This document shows, piece after piece, positions 13,300-42,817 of a stretch of DNA of 64,000 nt (position 1 is the stretch's first letter; each line of letters starts with the position of its first letter). The position numbers and the translations under genes were made by a program. This DNA comes from Bugula neritina. Its lineage: Eukaryota; Animalia; Bryozoa. The DNA lies in NCBI GenBank assembly GCA_964035545.1, contig OZ037766.1, positions 32,664,773-32,728,772 on the forward strand, read 5' to 3'. Under the pieces are notes generated by a model, which was not told where the DNA came from, searched no databases, and was given only the letters and a program-made list of their open reading frames with translations.

Positions 13300-13812
13300 A
13301 TAATACTGTGACATACTACACTACTGTGACATATTGTAGTACTGTGACATACTGTACTACTGTGACATACTGTAATACTGTGACACACCGTAATACTGTG
13401 ACATACTGTACTACTGTGACATACTGTACTACTGTGACATACTGTACTACTGTGACATACTGTACTACTGTGACATATTGTACTATATACTGTGACATAC
13501 TGTATTACTGTGACATACTATACTACTGTGACATACTGTACTACTGTGACATACTGTACTACTGTGACATACTATACTACTGTGACATACTGTACTACTG
13601 TGACATACTGTACTAATGTGACATACTGTACTACTGTGACATATTGTACTATATACTGTGACATACTGTATTACTGTGACATACTATACTACTGTGACAT
13701 ACTGTACTACTGTGACATACTGTACTACTGTGGCATACTGTACTACTGTGACATACTGTACTACTGTGACATACTGTACTACTGTGACATACTGTACTAT
13801 ACTGTGACACAA
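13300..13812. repeat. 18-bp minisatellite (CTGTGACATACTGTACTA) upstream of P1
   Basis: The same array recurs at 37865-38070 upstream of P3. Confidence 0.95.
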
Positions 13813-15321
13813 TGTAATACTACATCTACCAAGTCAAAAGGTCTAACATAACATTGGGAAGAGATAAGGTCCCAATTCACTCCTAGCTCTAAGAATAAAA
13901 TGTATAAAAGCTTTAAAACGCCAAGTTTGTAGAGAAGTAACGTTAGGAAACTTCAAACACTCACAGATAATGATTTGCTAAAGATCAAAGCTACAAACTT
14001 GAGACAAGATGATTGCTTTCTGAGATTCTTTTTATTTTACAGGATATTTGAGTTTCTTATAATATATGCGCAAGTGTTCACTTACCTGAATTGATTTTGG
14101 TAAGCATTTATCCAATCATAAAATAAACTCATTTCTCATACTGATTGCAATATATTCCATCTAAAGGCACAAAAAGGATCAAATCAATAACTATTTTAAT
14201 TAGAAATACAGAAACTACAGTCTGTATTTGATATTATTACTTATTTTCATAAAAGTTGAAATCAATACTTATTTTAATTAGAAATATAGAAATTAATACA
14301 ATATATAAAATAAATATGTAGGCTATATATATATATATATGTGTGTGTAATGTGCAACAGATATCTGCTAAGATCAAATTGCACATGCAGACGGTTCTGA
14401 TTATATATAAATTGTTCGACACTCTTAGCATTTGGTATAATATAACAACTTATGCAAATGGATTTGATATAAAAGACCTTGTTACCCAGCATTACTTTTA
14501 TATATTGAGTCAACATCATTAGATATAACTGCTTGAGTTAATATATATCAACAATATGCTGGGTAACATATTCCCTGCGTGAAATAAACAAATGTTAGGG
14601 CCTAGCACTATACCCGTAAAAGTGAAATGAAATAGCATACCACAACAATAACCCTATAAACAACATATCACTACATAATATAATATAATATAATATGATA
14701 TAATATAATATAATACTCGATTATATATTTATTCTGATGTAACATAAAATAATATAATATATAGCATAATGTAGGTTATTATAATATTATGAGAGATTAT
14801 TAAACACTCAAATATTATATGATATAATATAATATTATGATATTATAATATATAAGTATAATATAGTATATAATATATTGTAACATAATATATTTTATTA
14901 TGAACTTATAATTATAATAATATATTTTATTATGAACTTATAATTATAATAATATATTGTAATATAAAAGTTAAAGATTTAATAGTAAATAGTTTAATAT
15001 GGAATTAGGCTACATGGAATATTAAAAGCCAAAACAAACAAGTTCTTGATCGCTATTAATGTCAATATTTTGAGCAATTTTGAGCAATAAAACTAGTATA
15101 TAGATATTTTTAGCACCATGCGTAACCACAAAAAATATTCTTAGTAGAAATCTTATTCTAAAGCATATAATTGTCCCTTTTTCTAAAGTTACTTTTCAAG
15201 GTCATGTCACTTCTGATACCTTAATAACTTCAATAGTTTGATTTTCCAATCAATAAGTAATTTAGAGATATGAACAACTGAGTTATCAATAGAAGTTCAG
15301 TTGAAGATTAAAGACAGCCTG

Positions 15322-31113
<15,792 letters not shown>

Positions 31114-32363
31114 AAAAGTTGTTTATTGTTTCAGCTTTTAGCTTTGACTTCCAGATAAGCTATATTAACATAGATATATTATATTATACTCCTTGATGTC
31201 TTTGGGTCTTCTGTTTCTAGCATTGGTTCCTATATATAGCTAGTTGCATGTATTTGCTGCTCATTAAGGGGTTGAATTTACTTGTGAAGGCCAGAGTTCA
31301 ATACAGAAATTAAAGGTTAATAGTTGAGGGTTTGCTTCATTAACTCTTACATTATTTTTCAACAAAATATTATATATTTGTTTTTTATGTTTAATTTAAA
31401 TCTAAATGTGGAATGTTGAGAAAAAATATATTGTTAACCTTTCTCTATTCTAAAAGTGATAGTATGCCAAACTGAGCGATACATTTTTCAAGAAAATTTG
31501 AAACCCAAACATAATGCATGCCTTTCTTTCTGTTGTGAAATGTTCATTACATAAATTTCTTGACTATAATATATTTAAATAAATATTGTTGCAATAAAAT
31601 TAAACCTGAATAGTTTATTCTGTTTAAAATTCAATACGTTTTACTAAGTAAAGACAAGAGTACCAGGTGCATACTCTGCATTTGATTTCATCTATACGTG
31701 AAGTTACCACACACAGGTTAATACTAGACTTTGGAGTCAAACCATTGCTGAGCCAGTGCAGAGTAGAACAGCTAGACATGCCTTTAAAGTCATGTTTGAC
31801 TAAATGACAAAGTATTAAGCTAAACAAATTGATTATGTTCAAGTAATAAACAAAAAAAACCTTTGACTTGAAGTTTTTGAATTTAATAACCACTAAATAG
31901 CCTTAAAAGTTTTGCACAGGGCACTCAAGTTAATTTGGCTTTAAATGCCCAAAACCTAGCTGTTGTTATATACAATTTGAATATTATATCTTTTGGTTAT
32001 AATCTTTCTCTGACTATATAATAGAGGTAGGAGCAGCTGCATAATTACTACAGTTTTCAAAGCAAAAAACTTGGTTGAAGAACATAACAATGGTGTACTT
32101 CCACACTAAAATATCCTGATAAAGTCTCTATATAACAATAACAGATTAATCGATATTACAACTTATCTTATGGTTATAAACATAAGGGAAACAACTCCAA
32201 GATTTCATATCATCACTATACTATATTATACTCTTATAACACACGTGATATATCTCATTAGCTTGATTAATTCGGTGATCAATATTTATATGTAATAACA
32301 AATACATTATATGCAAACACCTGATAGCCAGTTAGTCAGTTTGAGTTGAGTGGAGAACAGGAA

Positions 32364-34015
32364 ATGATGCGGGTGGTGAAACTCATCACTTTCTGTGTGG
32401 CTGTGACTGTCAGCACTGCAGGTAAATATTCACACTAGAATATAAATTTATATCTTGACTAAATTTGTTCATGAAAATTGAGTTATTAAAAAATAACATA
32501 CGATATAATTAACTGTAGCTCAGTCTTTTGGTCTTTTGGTTCTTTGGTAAATTATTATAGTTTGCAGCGCTATGTTAGAACGTTTCTACCTTCTTTGAAA
32601 ATACCACACATATGAAAACTTTTAATTGCTTAATTATAATTTATGAGAAGACGTGACTTTTAAAGTTGTAGGCTATTGTCTATTATCATAAACTTTCAGC
32701 AGAGTAAAAATAATATACGTACTACTTAAAATAAATTTATTTTCTCAATTGCTGGTTGGCAATTATTTATGCACACAAACTCATGTACTTTATGCTCAGA
32801 TTTCTGCAAAGCATTTTTGTGCAATTAGAGTTTGTCTAATTCAACTTAAGCGGAGATTTATTTATAATGCCAATTATTATCATCACAAGATATTAAACTA
32901 TTTTTATCATTTGGTTTTTTGCAATCCTAATTTAAATAAAAGAGCATTACTGTTGCTATAGTATTCCAAAGAAGAAAAGCCAAACCGATTATAATAGTAA
33001 TTTTTTTAGCAATAAGAAAAAGTACTATTTCTAATTTGTTTGAAGCCATATAAAATAAATTAGTGACTAGTTCTATCATGAAGTAAAAGTGATATGCAAG
33101 AATATGTACAGAACACAAAACTAAATCAATCTCAAACTAATAAAGAGAAAACTGTTTTCACCTACATAATATGTAAATTGTTATTGGTCACAAAGATTTA
33201 AGATGCATATAAGTTGGTAATCATATAGTAGTTTTTAATTTAGTAAGAGGCAAGTTTTTTATAATTATAGTGAAAACCTAGATTTGGTAAACAAGTACGT
33301 ATATATAAGCTATCACTTGAAATAAACTATAATGAGAATTGTGTATGATATGAAAGCTATACTTTAAGCCAATGACCAATTCTATTTCAACGTAGCACTT
33401 TTTTTAATAATTGCTATTTACTAATTGCTATTTAGTGAATGTGTTCTTCAAGATTAAAGAACAATTTTGCATGAAAAAAAAACTTTATTTAATACAAAAC
33501 TTTCTAAGATAAATAAATTTGAAACATGTAATCAACATAATGTATATATTTCTAATTAGCAAAGCAGGCTTCTGATGACTAAAGCAAGCAGGGTTTTTGT
33601 AATCAAAATAATCTAAACATCCCAGAATAATTATCAAACCATTAAAAGAGAAATGATACTAAGTTTACTAAATGTATTTAAAGCTTTAAAATAAGTATAA
33701 CTTTATTTTAGGTGTGAACGATTGCAGTCATTCATTTGTTTGTTTCATCAGGTTGACTTAATAAAAGCAACAATTCTGCAACATGTTGAGAATTGGAGCA
33801 TCAGATATCAAATATGTGCATGACAATTTGTGCTATGATGAGTCAAAAACCACACATATTTCGGTTTAGAGAGTAGAATTTGTTTAAACTTTGATCTATT
33901 ATAGGATAATATTTATAGCCGCCATGGCATGGAACACTTTTTTTATAAAAGTTTTGAAGCCTACATCATATGCATGCAAAAAGAAAGAATCAGCTCAAAA
34001 GTGTCAATTAGTTGG

Positions 34016-34103
<88 letters not shown>

Positions 34104-36495
34104 CCAACTAATTGACACTTTTGAGCTGATTCTTTCTTTTTGCATGCATATATAACATAAGCTTCAAACTTTTATGAAAAAAATTGTTGGTATAATTCAT
34201 TTTTGTAGCAGACAATGAAGAAATTCCAGGCAGCTACATTTTAACTAATAAAGTCCGTGATGTCACCAACTGGGCTGGAGCCAATGTCACTATGCCTGAT
34301 ATCAACTTCACCATCTGTTTCTGGGCTAAGATTGATGATTGGCATGAGACGAGAAGAAATACAATCCTCAGCATGGCTACGCCAGGTGTGGAAAGTAATA
34401 AATCATAATTTAATATTATTCATTAATTTTAACGCACATGCAAACAGATACCTTTCAAGGTATATATACTGATTTATTCTATCAATTTTAAAAAAACTTT
34501 TTATTACATACTAACTTTTAGATTATTATTTGCCTCAAAGTCAAAATAAAATAAAAAGTGCGGGCAGTTTTGGCAAAATAAATTAATAGTTTTTCTCACA
34601 GCCTTATAATTTTTGTAGCAAACGACAACTGGTTGGCTTTTGAATTAGAAAAGAAGCACATGGTTTTTGTAATCAAAAACAAATACAGCTCCGTCAACTT
34701 ATTTGATACAGAACTATCCATGTGGTACTTCTACTGTGTGTCAGCTGAAGAAACTCTGACAAACTATCAGTACACAGTAAGCTTAGCTCTACCATACAAA
34801 TCATTTTTCAAACTAGCTACTGGAATGAATTCGCTGAGTTTTGAAACTCTGAAACCTTATGTCTATTTTTTCATGTACACATGCAATATTATGTAAAAAT
34901 ATTTTTTCCACATAATATACTGTTTTTGTCAAATATAAAGCGTTAGTAAACCCAGTGAATGTGTCACTCAACTAGATCCATAATATACTTTTGAATTGTA
35001 ATTAAAGTCTATCGTACTCATATTTTTTATGCCGTGTTTTATAGTTGAGTCTTGGGGAAAATAGAGGTAATTTGGTCTGGGCCAAGAAGCTCAGCAAGAA
35101 AGTTAAGAAACCATTAGAGTCTAAACAAGATTATGCTGTAGGACTTGTACTGTTTAGTGATCAAGATAAGTTGTTTGGTAAGTTTTTATTTTAACAGATG
35201 TTCAAAAACGTCAGTAATATCGGAACTGCCCATTACTTTTGATTAACCATTTAGTTTAGTTGTTAAACACAAAGTATTTTGCTTGATTGAAATTTACTCT
35301 TTCTGTTTGATGCAGGTTAATATTGGAGATAATAAGATAAACGTGAAATTGTTTCTGTAAACAGTTTATATTCATAGACTTAAACTCATATATGTATGCC
35401 ATGTTTAGTTTATTTTACCAAATTCACAAACTGTACATGTTAACAGGAGGATTTGATCCAGGACAAGTAGTTGTTGGATCTATTTCCTGTCTGAACATCT
35501 GGAGCTCAGTCTATCAAGAAGACCAACTGGTAGATTTTGCTGACTGTAAACAAGAAGGAGATGTGTTCACAATGAAACCATGTGCTTTGGCTATTCATGG
35601 GACGATAACTTCAGAAATAAAACCTGTTTTGGATGAACCAAGGAAATCAGGTAGATCACATATAATTTTTTTTATACCTTTCTCCTTTGTCCTTCCTTCT
35701 TTGTTTAATTGTTTCGAAAGTGCACATCTTCAAAAGGTACTACAAGCAAAATAGTCTGATGAAAAACATAATTTATACAAGGCACATTATCACTTAATGG
35801 GAAAAGCCTGATACGAATTGAGTGTCCAACTCTCTCCCTATCCAACTATTTTGCAATTCAGTCTAACTGGCTGAATCTCACTACATTTTATTCTCACTTC
35901 TAAAACACTGCTCAACTGACTTTCAAGCTTGTGAAATAAACTATATTTAAAGCATACAAGATAATATCAGAAGACATATATATTATTCTTCAATGTATAG
36001 CCACATGTGAGTGTGCCTGTAACATAGGTAATCTAAGGTACTACATATGTTGTGAGGAAAGAGTTCTAGTTTTTCACTTTCATGCTTAAAGTAGCTTATC
36101 TCTCTTTTTGGTCTATCTCTCACTATAAAAAGCTTAGCTGCTGATATAGCAAGTCAAATTTATATTTAGTTGTTGCATTGCTGAAACAAAATCACAACTG
36201 CATGTGTGCTTTTTCTGTAAGTTGAGGTTTTAGAATAATCATCTTTTGAAATATGTTACTAGATCTGACAAACATCTGGCAAAAGTTTGAGATCTCTCCA
36301 GGATTCCAGATGCTTGGATTATCTGTTCAACCTCTGAGTTATCCTTCCTTGCTAAGTTGTCTGTCTGTTTGTATAACTACTGGCTGTGTGAATGTAAACT
36401 ACCACCAACAAGATGAGAGATGTGAGATTGGATTTGGGGTTGGCTCATGTTCCTTGGAAGCTGTTAGGGGCGGTGCACATTACAGACTCAACTAA
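32364..36495 (+). CDS. Gene P2: signal peptide + 1 pentraxin-like domain (B) + PAN, ~320 aa
   Basis: Exons 32364-32421 (MMRVVKLITFCVAVTVSTA), 34209-34385, 34619-34776, 35045-35177, 35447-35650, 36263-36495; 963 nt, open frame. Confidence 0.85.
33940..34182. repeat. Foldback inverted repeat centred on (TA)n
   Basis: Perfect ~50-bp arms at 33968-34018 and 34101-34151, with imperfect outer arms. Confidence 0.9.
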
Positions 36496-37091
36496 AAATA
36501 AGAGAGAACGGATTGTTGTCTTAGTTTTTTATATTCTAACCTCTCGTGGCTGTGACTTTCAGAGGCAAGTAAATTTCTGCTTTGCGCTCTCAGATAATTC
36601 GGGATTAAATTTACTTTCAGAATAAAAGCTGACATTTCTATGAAGTATAATTCTTCAAAAATGTTTAATTTTGGGAAGGTTTTGAAATTATCTATTGCAT
36701 TTTTTTCTTTTAAAGTAGCATGTGTTCATTCCTCAAGCTTAAATTATAGTCCAGCATCTTCTCCTTCAAATCCACTATTATATATGCTTATATGTGTATA
36801 GTCAATAGTGTCTATTTTGTTAAAGTGCTACTTATAGGCATAAGCAAATTTTATTGAAGCGTTCATATAATTGTTAGATATAGTTTTCTATAGTTACAAA
36901 CCATGATGATTAAAGTAATTTGATTACTGTTTTAATTGGATTTTGATAACTGTATTGTATTAGGTAATTATTTTACAATCTCACAATATGTTGCATTATA
37001 CAATTTGTACTGCTGTGTTAAATTACAAGCTATGGCTTTGAGTTTTGTTTTTGAAGTAATTTTGTGCGTTTGCTATTTACTATTTCCCTAA

Positions 37092-37475
37092 GCGTAGGGC
37101 CACATCTTCGGAAAACCGTTGCGTGTGTTTTAAGGACAGAATTGTATAAGCTAATAATTTTGGATGATGTTTTAGCTACTACTCGCCTAATGACGTTTGT
37201 TTTTGAACATACGTCATTAGCAAAGTGACTAGTTAATATTATAAAAGCGAAAATGCAAACTATATGAAACTGCTTTAATTTAGCTCGGTAAACTAAAACA
37301 CAAATTGAAATTAAAAAAGTGGGCTAGCTATTGGTAATAAGCCAATTAGATCAAACTTGCACGTGCTTGTTGCACTTCTCGCTTAGCATGTTACCCACAT
37401 GAAAACCCGGGTACAACAGTCTAGTTTTGGCTGGGCGGGCTTTCTCTGCAGGTCACCAGTCGTGTGGCCCTACGC
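37092..37475. mobile_element. PIF/Harbinger-type MITE, 384 bp
   Basis: Perfect 13-bp TIR GCGTAGGGCCACA/TGTGGCCCTACGC flanked by TAA on both sides (37089-37091, 37476-37478); no coding capacity. Confidence 0.8.
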
Positions 37476-37864
37476 TAACTCTTAGACCAAGACTTGTTGC
37501 GGAAATTAAAGTTGAATACCCCTTGTTTGAATAATTTTGAAACTTGTATTTTCCCATCTAAATGTAATTGTAGATTATGTCAATGATATTGATATTGTAA
37601 ACAAATCTAAAATCCAAAATATAAAAAATGTGTGTGAAATATTCCTGATCGACAATTTCATATAATAGGTAGTAGACTAATTTTATATACTCGTTAATGT
37701 TCCTAAAAGCCCAAACTTGAATATAATGATGACCACTGAAAGGCCAACTGATTATAGTAAGCTAAGACAGCTGCTGTTAAGAGGTGCATCTTATGTATAT
37801 AAGTTTGCATAAAAGTAAAGATATCACACGTAGAATAAGACACCATGCATACGCATACAAGACC

Positions 37865-38070
37865 GTGTGACATACTGTGACACACTGTGACACACTGCAC
37901 TACTGTGACACACTGTGACACACTGCACTACTGTGACACACTGCACTACTGTGACATACTGTACTACTGTGACATACTGTACTACTGTGACATACTGTAC
38001 TACTGTGACATACTGTACTACTGTGACATACTGTACTACTGTGACATACTGTACTACTGTGACATGCTAC
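37865..38070. repeat. 18-bp minisatellite upstream of P3, paralogous to 13300-13812
   Basis: Same unit, and the same downstream flank. Confidence 0.95.
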
Positions 38071-39256
38071 TATAATACTATATATATCATGTCAAAATGT
38101 CTAACATGAAAATAGTGAAAAGAAAAGTCACAGTCTACTTTCAACTCTAGGAACCAATTGTGTAAAAGTTCTAACAAGCCAAGTTTGTAAAGAAATAATG
38201 TTTATAGGAAACTTGAAACACTCATAAATAATGATTTGCTTCAGATCAAAGCTACAAACTTGAGAAACAAGATAATTGCTTTCTGAGATTCATTTTATCT
38301 TACAGGATATTTGAGTTTCTCATTCACTAGCATCCACTTACCTGGTTAGATTTTGATGAGTGTTTATATATAACTCAATGATGAAATAAACTCATTTTCC
38401 AAACTGATTGCAATATATTCCATCAAATGGCACCATCCTGTTTCAATCAGAAATACAGAAAATGAAATTGATATATATTCAAGTATATGTTATGTTTTCA
38501 TCCTTCATAAGGTAAAATCAAAAGATCATTCTAAATTAGTTTCGTGATGCTGCCTAAAGGGTTTTACAAGTTATTGTGCAATGGGAATAGAATGAGCAGA
38601 GGCTCTAGCTGTTATTAGAGTCTTACACTTTCAGCATCTGGTATTAAATAACAAGTTGTATAAATATTGTGATATAAAAGCCCCTACAGCCTACCGTCTG
38701 AAGCCTATGGAAAATAAATTATTACGCAAATCACGGAGGTTATCTGTAGCTGCAAAACTTAATATATTATAAAAAGTCATTTAAGCCAAAAGCGGTTTTG
38801 GGAACTATAAATAAGGATTAGTTTCATAGAGTTGATTATTTCAATAATAAACGCATTTTGTTAAAACTGTTGCTTTTAGAGTACACATGTCTGGTGTGTG
38901 GAAATCAGGACACACACAAAATTAACATTGATGAACAAGTCTTAAGGTATATGTCAGTAACAATGTTTTATTTAATTTGATAAACAAATCAGTCCGTCTA
39001 ATTGATTGCAGCTTTGTAACACACTTTCAGAACTTAGCTACAATTACTAACTATTGAGAAGAGGGGCATATATAATATAGAGTTGTCACTTGTCTAATAA
39101 TATTATGTTTGGTGCAACTGCTACCACCAGGTTGTTTTAAAAAACACTTGCTTAAGCAGTGAAGCACCATAGGGGCCCATTATAGGCAAACTCATCACTG
39201 CACTGAAGAAGTTTTTGAAATGCATGTGAAGTGGAATAAGATGTATTCAGTGCACG

Positions 39257-39948
39257 CAGTGGTCAAAGTGAGGGGGTACGCAAAGGTACCTGTACTCCCG
39301 CCATTTCTTTAGAGTGCCTTGAATTTAGGCGATCCCCAGTCCCCACCATAATAATATTATCCCATTACATTCAACAGCCTGTGCAATAACAATGTGCGAA
39401 ATTAATTTTTTAATGGTGACTTTAGAATTTCACATGGCAATAAAGCTACATAGAATATTAAAAGCTTGAGCAAATGAGTTGTTTATAGCTATATTAATGT
39501 TAATAATTATCTGAACGGGCAGTATTCTTGGCTCACCTGTTGAACTTTTTCAGATTTATATAGGTGCACGCTATTTTAATTTATTTATTTTATATTTGTA
39601 GAAAATGAAAAGTTTATTGCAAATTATTTTAAAGAAGTGAATATCATTATGAGTCACTTGCTTTTTGATCAAAACCTTGGCATTAACTTCCTGAATAGAT
39701 TTTATGGTTGTGCAAGTAAACCACGCGAGTGAATATTATTTAAACTTTATTTTTAACGCTAACATAATTATATCTGAGATAAAACAAGAAAATTAAAAAC
39801 TTCTGATTGCACAAGAGAATACTTTCTTCTGGCATTCTACTTTATAAATAAGGCTTATATAAGAAAACTGAGGTCCTTATGCAGTGACATCGTAGTCACA
39901 TAACTAATATAGCTAGTTTTAGCGTACCCCAACCACTTTCCCCACACT
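39257..39948. mobile_element. Possible degenerate non-autonomous TIR element
   Basis: Imperfect ~25-bp inverted ends CAGTGGTCAAAGTGAGGGGGTACGC ... GCGTACCCCAACCACTTTCCCCAC; no clear TSD. Confidence 0.4.
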
Positions 39949-40109
39949 TCATGAACATTATTTCTATTCTAAAGTTATTTTTCAATATATTATCATTTCT
40001 GATGTTTTAACTTCAATAGTTTCATTTTTCAATCAATAAGTAATTTAGAGATATAAACAACTGACCTATACCAAGAGAAGCTCAGTTGAAGATTAGAGAC
40101 AGTGCCGTT

Positions 40110-41704
40110 ATGATGATGCTGTTGAAAGAAATTGCTTTCAGCTTTGCTGTGGTGGTCTCTGTTATATTAGGTAAGTCATTAATTACTTAGTTATATGCTG
40201 TGGTGGTCATTGTTGTATTAGGTAAGCCATTAATTAGCTGTTCCAATACAATTAGGTTTACAAATATTAAAATAACTGTGTTTTTTATTTCTAGCTAAAA
40301 AATCTTTTTACTTGAAAGGTTTGCAATTAAATTTATTTCTAAATATGAATAGCAAGACTCTATACTTTTTTTCAATTCTGAAAATAAATTATAGAAAGCT
40401 GACTATAATTAATTACCTCTGAAGTTATTTTTATGTTTAGTCTAGCAGTTGAACTTCCAAGGTTTGTATTGAAAATAATTAAATGAGCTGAAAGTTAAAT
40501 ATAATAGACATCATAAAGCTATTATAATAGAACTGATACAATGCATGAATTATACTTCTAGCTGTTAGCAGTGAAAAGCCAAGTTTCTATACTCTTACTA
40601 ACAATGATAGAGACATTGGGAATTGGGCTGGAAAAACTATACTTATGCCATCTATTGATTTTACTATGTGCTTGTGGGTTAAAGTGAACCAATGGTATGG
40701 CTCCATGAGAAGTGCAGTTGTAAGCATGGCTAGACCAAGTAAGGGAAAGTATTGTAGTAGCATATGTTATATAACATGCAAAATAGTTACCAAAATTAGC
40801 TTTTCATATGTCATGTCTGTTATCTGTGGTTTTTATTAAACGGTGTAATTATTCAATTAATTTTCTTTGTCATTTTTAAAACAATAGTTTTGGTGTTCAA
40901 TTGGTCAAAAACCACAAATCCCACAGATCACTACCACTTATCAGTTTAATATTTCTTTCATTGCAGTTTTTTTATTTAAGATTAAAGTAATTAATATTTT
41001 GTTCATGGCTTAGATGCTCCCAATTGGCTGCTGTTGGAACTTGGCAAAAATGGAATCGGCGTAGAGTTTTATAGACGTTATGTCAATTACGAAATTAACC
41101 TAAGTCTCAACCTGTGGTACTACATCTGCACATCTATTGAGGAAGTAGACAACTCCAAATACAAGTACAAGGTGAGCTGTGAGACAAACTATGTTGACGG
41201 TAACAATCAAATTTAATTTTATATAATTTGTATCAGGATTATGTCATATAACATATCATATTTATTCGAAACATATACATTTATTATAATGTTTTCTCAT
41301 TGGTTCAATTTTGCTCTTATAAACTTATTGCTTAACTTGAATAACTAAATTAATTGTATACCTTAGCACTTCACTATTTTCATTTTCAATTACATTTTAC
41401 TTAAGAATTCATTTTATACCATAAAATATCTATTATTTTTTAATCTATTCGTAGAATCTTACATATACGTGCAAAAAAATTTTTTTTAAAACTTAGTTGC
41501 TAAGCAAAAATTAGTTGCATGCATAAAAAAAAAATTTTATTTCTTGCAGCTGAATGTTTTTGTTGATTGGCCGATATTGGTTCAAAATGGAAGCTACTTG
41601 GAAGAAATCGCAAAACCAGAAAGTTCTGAGGCTGCAGTATCTGTAGCTTATGTACTGTTTAGTGATCAAGACTCTATGTTTGGTAATATAGATATATTAC
41701 AGAG

Positions 41705-41779
<75 letters not shown>

Positions 41780-41803
41780 TCTGTAATATAGATATATTAC
41801 AGA

Positions 41804-41869
<66 letters not shown>

Positions 41870-41947
41870 TCTGTAATATAGATATATTACAGAGTATATA
41901 TATATATATATATATATATATACTCTGTAATATAGATATATTACAGA

Positions 41948-42024
<77 letters not shown>

Positions 42025-42817
42025 TGTATGTATGTATGTATGTATGTATGTATGTATGTATGTATGTATGTATGTATGTATGTATATAATAATATATATG
42101 AGTATATATATGTATATTATAGTCAAACTGTTTTCTTCTTAGAGCAAGTATAACCACAGTATCAATAGGCAACATTAGAAGTTACAAATATCACACAATA
42201 TAATAATGGTTGCATATTGTTGGTATATTTCTTCCTGTACTCAGGTAACTTGCTTACAAGCTGTAAGGTTTTTCAAGCTGACATTACAAAACCACATTAT
42301 TGTGTATGTTGTTACTTTATAGTCTGAGGTTGAACTCGTATACTAGGGCAAAGCAACCTAACTTTCTGACTATCATTATATATTACATGGTGCCCTTAAA
42401 GCATTCACTATAAACTATCTTATTATGTTGTATATATAGATAGTGATTCTCGCAGCTGCAGGGTGAGGTAGAGGTTGATAGAATTTTAACTTTTTCCCTC
42501 TAAAGTTGACTTTTTTGGTAAAGTCGGCAAATAATTTAGTTACTTTCTTGTTATAACTTTTGCATACTGTTGAAATATTACAGCTTTATTTAATTAGTTT
42601 TATGAATGTGTGAAAAATTATTTTGCCTCATCTTTTGATTGTATACCATATAGGATCATTTGATTGGTCACAAATGCTGGTAGGATCTATTTCCTGTCTG
42701 AACATCTGGAACTCAGACTCTTACAAATTTCAAAAAGAAAGTTTTGCCGATTGTCAAACTGAAGGAGATGTGTTTACATTAAAGCCAGGAGCCTTGAACC
42801 TTCATGGAGCAATATAG
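40110..42817 (+). CDS. Gene P3 5' part: signal peptide + single A-type pentraxin domain ending at a premature TAG (~230 aa)
   Basis: Exons 40110-40170, 40562-40738, 41014-41171, 41550-41682, 42654-42817. A 2-nt insertion (ATAGTT>ATATAGTT) creates TAG at 42815-42817, and the downstream donor is mutated (G|GT>G|AT at 42914). Confidence 0.7.
41683..42090. repeat. Array of palindromic 26-mers separated by (TA)n, followed by (TATG)n
   Basis: CTCTGTAATATA-GA-TATATTACAGAG repeated. Confidence 0.9.

Noticed and set aside
2327-13812. Regularly spaced repeats as a CRISPR array
   Set aside because: Head-to-tail units with no unique spacers, in eukaryotic introns, and no cas genes.
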